A DNA stretch of 64,000 bases from assembly GCA_030264375.1 (NCBI GenBank), contig JASCQW010000081.1, positions 93,867,814-93,931,813 of the forward strand. Direction: 5' to 3'. Positions 59,467-64,000 of the stretch are shown here, piece by piece. A program made the translations under genes and the position numbers. This DNA comes from Carcharhinus longimanus. Taxonomy: Eukaryota. Each line of letters opens with the position of its first letter. Within the stretch, counting starts at the first letter, position 1. The notes beneath the pieces were generated by a model. It did not search any database. It saw only the letters and a list, made by a program, of their open reading frames with translations, and was not told the DNA's origin.

Positions 59467-61005
59467 TACCTAGAAAAAGAGGGGTTTTTTTTACGGACAG
59501 TTGAAAATAATACAATCGGCTGCATGTCGAATGCTGCTAGGACAGCAGTTTTTCTTCATATATATTAATGTCGCAGAGTTGGGTGTTCTGGACATAATAT
59601 AAATCTTTCCGGGTCATGCAAAATTTGAAACCATTGTCAACTATCAGGAGCATATCAGTAGTCACCAAGAATACCCAGGCAGTCTGAACAATTAGCCCAG
59701 GCCTATTAGATAATTGGATTGCACAGATGCATTTTCACAGAACAATGCAAGTAAATAGGAAACAAATGATGCAAGTGTAAATGGAGTTTAGGAGCATGAG
59801 GACATCGTTGTGCAAGTGACCTATTGACTAAAGGGGAAAGCAACATTGAGAAAATATTCAATTCTCCAGTTTACGTATTACAGTTGGAGTTTTACTAAGA
59901 AATGTAACATCAAAACACATTATACATACGACAAGCATTTAAAGCAACACGTTTTCCAATGCAAATGCAGCCTGCCTCGGCCAGTATTAAGAATCAGCCT
60001 TTGGGAGAGAAAAAAAAAACAAGAAGAAAGGTGCGTTGAAACTGAAAACGTCCGAAAGCCGCTCGAAAAATAGAAGAAAAGAAAGTTCGATATGTTTAAC
60101 GTTTCGAAATAACTTTGCAAATACCAATTCAACACTGTGGCAGCAGCGAGCCCCGTGGGGGAGATTTAAATTGCGTCTTCGAGAAAGCAAAAAGGCGTTG
60201 TGTATGATGCGGTGAGAGAGGGTGTGGTCACCCTTGTTGTAGAAGTTAAAGACTATTGATTGATAGGTCAAGGATAATCCGGGTATTATGCGTTAGTTTG
60301 CAATGTTCAGTTACATTTTTGAGTAGATATATGATCAGGACACATTTGAAGCTCCCACACCAGAACTCGAGTGTCTAAATATTTGAAATAATAGCTAAAA
60401 TCGGGTACAGGGAGGGCACTATTTTTTAGAAAGCGAGTGAGAGAATGTTGTTGAGGGAATACTCTTTGGTCACATTCAGAAAACAAAATGAAGCAGGTGA
60501 AGGAACAAACTAAAGCATGCAAAGCAAAAAGATGGGAGCTCAAGGCTAGGACAGAAAGCATCTTAGAAATGCTTTTTCTTTTCTCGCGAACAAGCATAGA
60601 AATACCATGATTGACTGAAAGCTTAGCCTAAGTGTTAGTAACAAAGAAGTGCATACGTGCATCGAAAGTTTTCAAAGAGGTGAAGATGAGGAGGCAGTTA
60701 CAACTGCTGTATCAACGTTACTTGTGCCAGATATTTTAAAAAATCCACCATAGGTCTGTCCTTGAGTGGGATTTTTTGCTGTTCTGTAACCACTTTTGCA
60801 CCGAATACCTGAGACACTTTCACACCAAAAGTTTCAAGGTATTAAGTTTCAGAGAGGGGCAAATTGGACAAGGCTTTTTTAACTTCCAACATTGTGAGGT
60901 AATTCCAGGTGAACATTATATTAGAGCTTAATTGATATGTATAATTGTGAGGAGAATGATGGTAATTGTATGCACAACGAAGCATAATGCGTTATTGCAT
61001 CTTAC

Positions 61006-61023
61006 CCGTGCCAACTTTGCCGT
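61006..61023 (-). CDS. Candidate 18-nt micro-exon (phase 1: xGKVGT)
   Basis: ccaatttatatttcacag|ACGGCAAAGTTGGCACGG|gtaaga. Strong splice sites, length divisible by 3, no stop. Single copy. Confidence 0.45.
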
Positions 61024-63046
61024 CTGTGAAATATAAATTGGATTTTAAAAATATTTTTTTAAAAAATCGCAAATTACTTGCTACCATTAAGATGACATAT
61101 GTCCACAAACGATACTATCGTTTCAAACTGATAGCGCAATTTGAATTGAATTTTCAGGATATCTTGGAACAAACTTATTCCGAAATTCGAGGCACACAGG
61201 AAACAAGAGTCTTTCAATCAAAGAATGATTATATGGAGGAAAACAATATTTTGGTTTGACACATCGTTTCAAGCTATGGAATGTGAGCTACATCAGTTCT
61301 ATGCGAAATTTAGTGGTGAAAAGTATTGGATTTACACTGGAACCAGGAGGTTACATTTCATGTTTAATTCCAGTACTTAAGTGTCAGGCAATTGCCTCAA
61401 TATCTTCCAGTAGTGGAACGTAAAAAAATGAGAGAGGCTATGGGACACTGATAATATGAAAAGAAAATTTGAAGGGACACGGCCACTTCTCATTGCCCCT
61501 AAACAAAATCATAAAATCGTTTCAATGTCAATAATGGTAGTGTGGGTGTCAGTTTACTGTAGAATCGGTTTGGAGCGGAATGGAGCTGGAAGCAGTGGTT
61601 GCATATAAGTGCAGTCTAAAATTAATTCGGGACCTCCGTGTTTGGGGGTCACAGTTCTTGGATTTGCATTCTGGTAGAGAACGAAACAAGCTTAAAATAC
61701 AATGAAAATATGCTTTCCGTATTTCTACCCGAGAATGATGAATACTGGCCAGATGACTGTAAGCTTACAGCCTTTTTCCGAAAAAAAAATGTTGAATTCG
61801 CTTTGATCCGGAACTTTGACATGAACATTTTGTACAATCCCAAATACAGATAACCCAACATCATTGCAGCGCGTTTCAGCACCTTTGCTGAATGAAAAGG
61901 ATGATGCCGCAGCGCTGTTCACATCATCTGGGCTGCTCTCATTCTTGAAAACAGCAATGTCATCAGCGCCGCGTGCTTCGCTTTAGGCTTTCTGTACTTT
62001 TGTTGCAGACAAAAAGTAGGGTCAATTTAACCTGCCCGGAATACTTCAACACTCCGTCCGTCAACAGAACGCTGATTTTGTTTAATTTTCTCGTTTTCCC
62101 ATTAAGAATTGCAAATACTTCCCCCAGCTCTTACATTTGAAAATGTTTCACTACTGAAGAATTCCTCAGCGAAAGTGGTCAGATCAAAATAAAAGTTTGC
62201 TTTATTTTGTGTTTATACACTGACACGCCGAAAGTTGTTTCGCCATGTTTAGCCTTTTCAACTCGCACACAGTAATGAGGAATTAGCAAAAATGAAGAGT
62301 GTTCATGCAATTGTCGCAATTAAAATACAAGTCGGCTTGACAAGTATCCAAAGTCCTGAATCCTGAGTTGACGAGAATATTCCATCCAAGGCAAGAGTAC
62401 TGATTGTAGAATGTGTTGTCTTAAAAGAATGAGGCAGGTCAAGACGTGAAGAATGAATTCGCCTGGAGACACGAGTTCTAACGTTTACACAGTTGGCAGG
62501 TTTGAAAAATGCCACAGTCTATCTGTAGGCACCAGCTCGTCGTTACGCCGTGCAGGGTCGTTCCCGAAATACCGGACAAACTGGAATTGCCGCAGTTTTG
62601 TTCCAACGGGCTTATCATTGTTCTCCTTAATGGGAGGATGTCATGTCACAGATTCTCGATTTTGGACTCAGTGTCTATATTTCCAAGGCCGGAACCTAGG
62701 TGTTTAACTGGAGTGGGGACATATTATGTTGTTGGGGTCGCTCGTGTCAGGTTAACTAACTTCTGCTCTCTTTATCGAAATCGTGGTTTTATATGTCACA
62801 GCTTTGGTCATGAGTTGCATTTATGGGGCCTTAAGTCAAATGAAAATGTTCGTTTGTGTGGAGGTAGATGGACAAGACTGCGCTTCAACGTGGTCATTTT
62901 TTTTAACTTCGAAACAGATGCAAGGAATTAAATTATTGATTGAAAAAAAAAGCCAGTCAACCATTTTCTATGTTAACAGCAAAACACTGCGGAAAATATT
63001 CCAGATCAGCTGGATAGCCAGTTCATTTTCCCAAATGCAGGAAAGT

Positions 63047-63302
63047 CTAAAACTAGAAGGCATAGGTTTAAGGTGAGTGGGGGGAAATACATAAAGGTCC
63101 AAAGGGGCAATTATTTCACACAGAGGGTGATGAGTGTCTGCAACAAGCTGCCACAGATAGTAGAGGACACTACAACCTTATCTTTTAAAAAGCATTTGGA
63201 CAGTTACATTGGTAAAATGACTATAGAGGGACATGGGCCAAAAGCGGCCAATTGGGACTAGCTTATTGGTTAAAAATAAAGGGATGGCATGAACAAGTTT
63301 GG
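63047..63302 (+). mobile_element. CR1 3' fragment
   Basis: TRRHRFKVSG..RGNYFTQRVMSVCNKLP..SFKKHLDSY. Confidence 0.85.
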
Positions 63303-64000
63303 TATTGCATATTTCCTGCCATGTTGTCATTGCTTAGAAATTGGTAGATACCTTTTTGAGCGGTTGCGATCGGCAAAGCAAACAACCAATCAACTGAACA
63401 CTTAAGGATTCTGATGACAACGTTAAAAGAAATTATTCTGATGCAACAGCAGTATCTCCAAATTTGGACCAGCGCTAGGCCTTTAAATGAACCACGAAGT
63501 TGTTCAGGAATTGATGCCGATGGAGCCTTTATAATATAGTTAAATATGGTAACAATCAGTCTTTAAATTCACCACAATACGGCTCATAGTGACTGGTAAC
63601 GTTCGGAAGTGTGACCTGTCCAATCATACTTAAGAAGCCAACGGCAAACCGTTACAGTGATTTGCAAGCATAAGCATGAATTGATGCAATCATTTCCGGT
63701 TGTACTGTTTGACCTGAAGCATTACGAGGATTGATTGTCAAACCCGTGGTCTGGAGAAGTGCCGAGACGAATAACCCGCAAATATTCAGAATTTAACAGC
63801 AGGAATAACACCAGCGTAGTTAGGAAAATGGACATGCCGGTATTACTTACATTTTGAGATGAGTTTATAATAATTTGGTATTATCGGTTTCTAATCGTTT
63901 AATGATACCATGTTTATTGAAAAAAAACTGAACTGACTCCATCTCTGCACTCAGCAGTACGCCATCACCCCAATAAATTTTAAGTAAGCAGGAAGATGCA

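Noticed and set aside
60307-60597. Minus ORF with a hydrophobic stretch as a possible TM exon of the coiled-coil gene
   Set aside because: No convincing flanking splice sites; hydrophobicity is explained by T-rich composition.
1-64000. CRISPR arrays, tRNA or rRNA genes, antigen-receptor segments with RSS
   Set aside because: No regularly spaced short repeats. tRNA-like A/B boxes belong to HE1 SINEs. CACAGTG hits are mostly SINE-internal, and I saw no nonamer or V/J coding segment beside them.

Overview
Repeat-rich vertebrate DNA, inferred to be shark because of HE1 SINEs, HER1/CR1 LINEs and Rex1/Babar fragments; it contains seven N-gaps. Bases 1-~48,960 are a tandem array of diverged ~9-14 kb segmental duplicates: A 1-12540, B' 12541-13347, B 15987-26819, C 27155-30750, D 30750-39320, E 39330-48960. 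No ORF in the supplied track is a convincing host gene. Reading splice signals on the minus strand shows that each unit carries three phase-1 micro-exons (27, 30 and 36 nt) with intact AG/GT sites and mostly synonymous or conservative changes. With a homologous 36-nt exon outside the array (55071-55106), they splice into one open frame of 15 exons (471 nt over 54 kb) encoding a 31-residue coiled-coil repeat. One gene therefore appears to lengthen its coiled coil by duplicating ~12 kb of DNA per 31 aa. Its introns hold a decayed endogenous retrovirus (short-SU/long-TM env resembling the paramyxovirus-F/lokiretrovirus type, plus a 3' LTR) and an intronless THAP-domain pseudogene. The gene's identity, start and end cannot be determined from this window, and all of this comes from manual reading without database searches.
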